Origin: Takakia lepidozioides
Taxonomy: Eukaryota; Plantae; Bryophyta
Length of the DNA stretch: 64,000 nt
Assembly: GCA_030704615.1 (NCBI GenBank)
Contig: CM060734.1
Coordinates: 54,870,001 to 54,934,000, forward strand
Direction of reading: 5' to 3'
Shown here: in pieces, positions 62,041 to 64,000 of the stretch
Layout of the letters: every line of letters starts with the position of its first letter
Position numbering within the stretch: the first letter of the stretch is position 1
Position numbers and translations under genes: made by a program
Notes under the pieces: generated by a model
What the model saw: the letters and a program-made list of their open reading frames with translations, nothing else
What the model was told of the DNA's origin: nothing
Database searches by the model: none

Positions 62041-64000
62041 TGTCATGTCCTGGGTTAATGCCTCCATATTTGTGTGGATCCTATCACGGACATAGCCCCG
62101 AGGAACTTATCAGGAGTAAATACTAGAAGTTACCAAGTTACCATGTTACCGGAAGTTACCATGATTTACCGTGATTTACCATGATCTACCATGATTAACC
62201 ATTATTTACCATAGGGGAAGCTTCTTAGGGAAGCTTCTTAGTAGCCAGTATATATAGGAGGCGAGACTGGGCACTCTTCAGTCTCACCAACACCAGTTCA
62301 AGCTACTCTTGTTTTCAGTTCCCAGTACCCTAGCCCAGTTTCCAGTATCTGGTACTCCAGTCCAGTTTCCAGCATTCCAGTATTCAAATCGTGTTCCAAT
62401 ATATTGTACCCTTGTTCATTGTTATAAAGATCGCTTTGATTCCTATTTACTCATCGTGCATACAGCCATGCCGACCTTGACTTCTTGCCTAGTCTTGTAC
62501 CTCTAGTATGATCTCTTGTTTGTGTTCAGTCATGTTCTCGTCCTTGACAGTTTGGCGAGACTAAAGTTTGTTCCTTAGTTAGTTAAGATAGAAGACACAT
62601 TTGCGGAAATGGTCGCCACATTGCAGAGTCTTCAGCTCCAGATGCAAGAACTTCGTGCCTCTACTGCCCAACTACAAACTGATTTGTCTCAAGATCTTGG
62701 CAACGCTCTAAACAATTTGTAACAACAAATTTCAGAGGTGAAGGAGTCGAACAATGGATCTTCAACCTTACGAGTCCCCACTACAACAAATCCTACTACA
62801 ACGGTTCTTCCAAATCTTCAACAGATTACAAGGGCACCAAAGATCAGCATGCCCGAAAAATTTGATGGGACGAGATCAAGATTTCGCGGTTTTGTTCAAC
62901 AAGTACGATTGTTCCTACGACTACATCCACAACACTACCCTGATGAAGGTATTCAAGTGGGATTTGTGGGCACCCTTCTATCCGGCACTGCCCTATCTTG
63001 GTTTGCACCGCTATTAGTGAAAATTCGCATTTACTATACAATTTTGAAGCGTTCATGTCCGAATTCACTGCAACGTTTGGAGAGAATGATAGAGAGAGAG
63101 TTACAGAGACCAAGATGCGAAATCTTCGACAAGGAGCACGTCCAGCTTCCGTTTATGCTGCCGAATTTCGACAACTTGCGTATGACCTCGACTGGAATGA
63201 GAAGAGTCTCATTAGTCAGTTTCGATGTGGCCTAAAAGATGATGTTAAAGATTTGTTGCTGACAATGTCAAATGTGAGTATACTGAGCGAATTCATCACC
63301 CAAGTCATTGCATGCGATAATTCGAAAGACGTCAAGAGAAGCGATCTGGATGGTCGACTACGCACCATGCCGCTGCTACTACGGCACCAAACACAACGAT
63401 CCATCAGACATCCGGTAATGATCCTATGCAGATTGATGCTGTCCGATTCAAGCCATTGATGCCACTAGAAAAACAAAGATGGCGCTCGAATGGATTATGC
63501 CTTTATTGCGGAGAAGATGATCACATAGCATTAAACTGCCCCAACAAGAGAAGATTCAAAGCTCGGGGAACAACTCAAGTATTTGATATGAGGAGGTCGG
63601 AAAACGAAGATGTCTAGTCACAGTAGGGACCATGCGGCTGGACACCCCAAATTCCTCACCAAAAAAAGGTCTATTTCTACCTCCAGACCATGTACCTTGT
63701 TTTACAGTTCCAGTAAAGATCAGGATGCAAAATCAAGATATCTCCATAGAATCACTTTAGGACTCGGGCGCTTCACCGGATTTTATTGACAAAGACTTTG
63801 CAAAGCAATACAATTTAACGCTCGTAAGAAAGAAATTCTCGGCCCCTGTTGAAGTCATCGATGGACGACCGTTAGCATCAGGAAATATTGACCATGAAAC
63901 TCAACCCCTTGAAGTGAAGCTTAAAAATCAAGCATCACATATTGTTTTCAATGTCATCCAGTCTCCAACAAATCCTGTGATCCTTGGACTTCCCTGGTTT
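62041..64000 (+). mobile_element. Tcn1-type Ty3/Gypsy element, 5' part (LTR 62041-62549, gag, protease)
   Basis: TGTCA...TGACA LTR with TATA at about 62248. Gag PEKFDGTRSRFRGF...LLSGTALSW, MQID, CLYCGEDDHIALNC. Protease DSGAS..FID near 63760. Self-priming-type PBS. Confidence 0.85.
62609..63626 (+). pseudogene. gag: Gag of the Tcn1-type element, with stops and frameshifts
   Basis: Pieces 62738-63235, 62998-63459 and 63426-63617 each carry consecutive gag motifs. Confidence 0.82.

Overview
This is eukaryotic, TE-rich land-plant nuclear DNA. The PLS-PPR style, Galadriel and Tcn1 chromoviruses and a Phygy-like gag suggest a seed-free plant, but that is inference. Host genes: a PLS/E-type PPR gene with lesions (13.2-15.2 kb), the 3' half of a SYP61/syntaxin-6 gene (19.0-20.6 kb), a tandem family-1 UDP-glycosyltransferase cluster (intact 3-exon genes at 25.1 and 34.1 kb, orphan 3' half at 28.3 kb) and a decayed PPR at about 52 kb. 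Mobile DNA: a CACTA end at 10141 with an adjacent ParB/Srx-like ORF, interrupted by a very young Galadriel-type chromovirus (2906-9882, TSD ATAAC); a TTAA-flanked piggyBac-like element carrying a RING-H2 ORF (21315-23804); a 139-144 bp solo LTR containing a tRNA-like cloverleaf; an 11.5 kb long-TIR Mutator-like element (transposase + Ulp1 + unknown antisense ORF, studded with GGGGATC motifs); a gypsy-like element with three tandem paralogous small ORFs ahead of gag; a CACTA carrying OSB PDF-motif exons; LINE remnants; and a self-priming Tcn1-type element at the right edge. Best novelty candidates: the three-ORF cassette upstream of gag, the VANDAL-like Mutator architecture, the piggyBac-like RING carrier, the tRNA-bearing mini-LTR and the templated chimeric UGT. 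All assignments come from reading motifs by eye; no searches were run.
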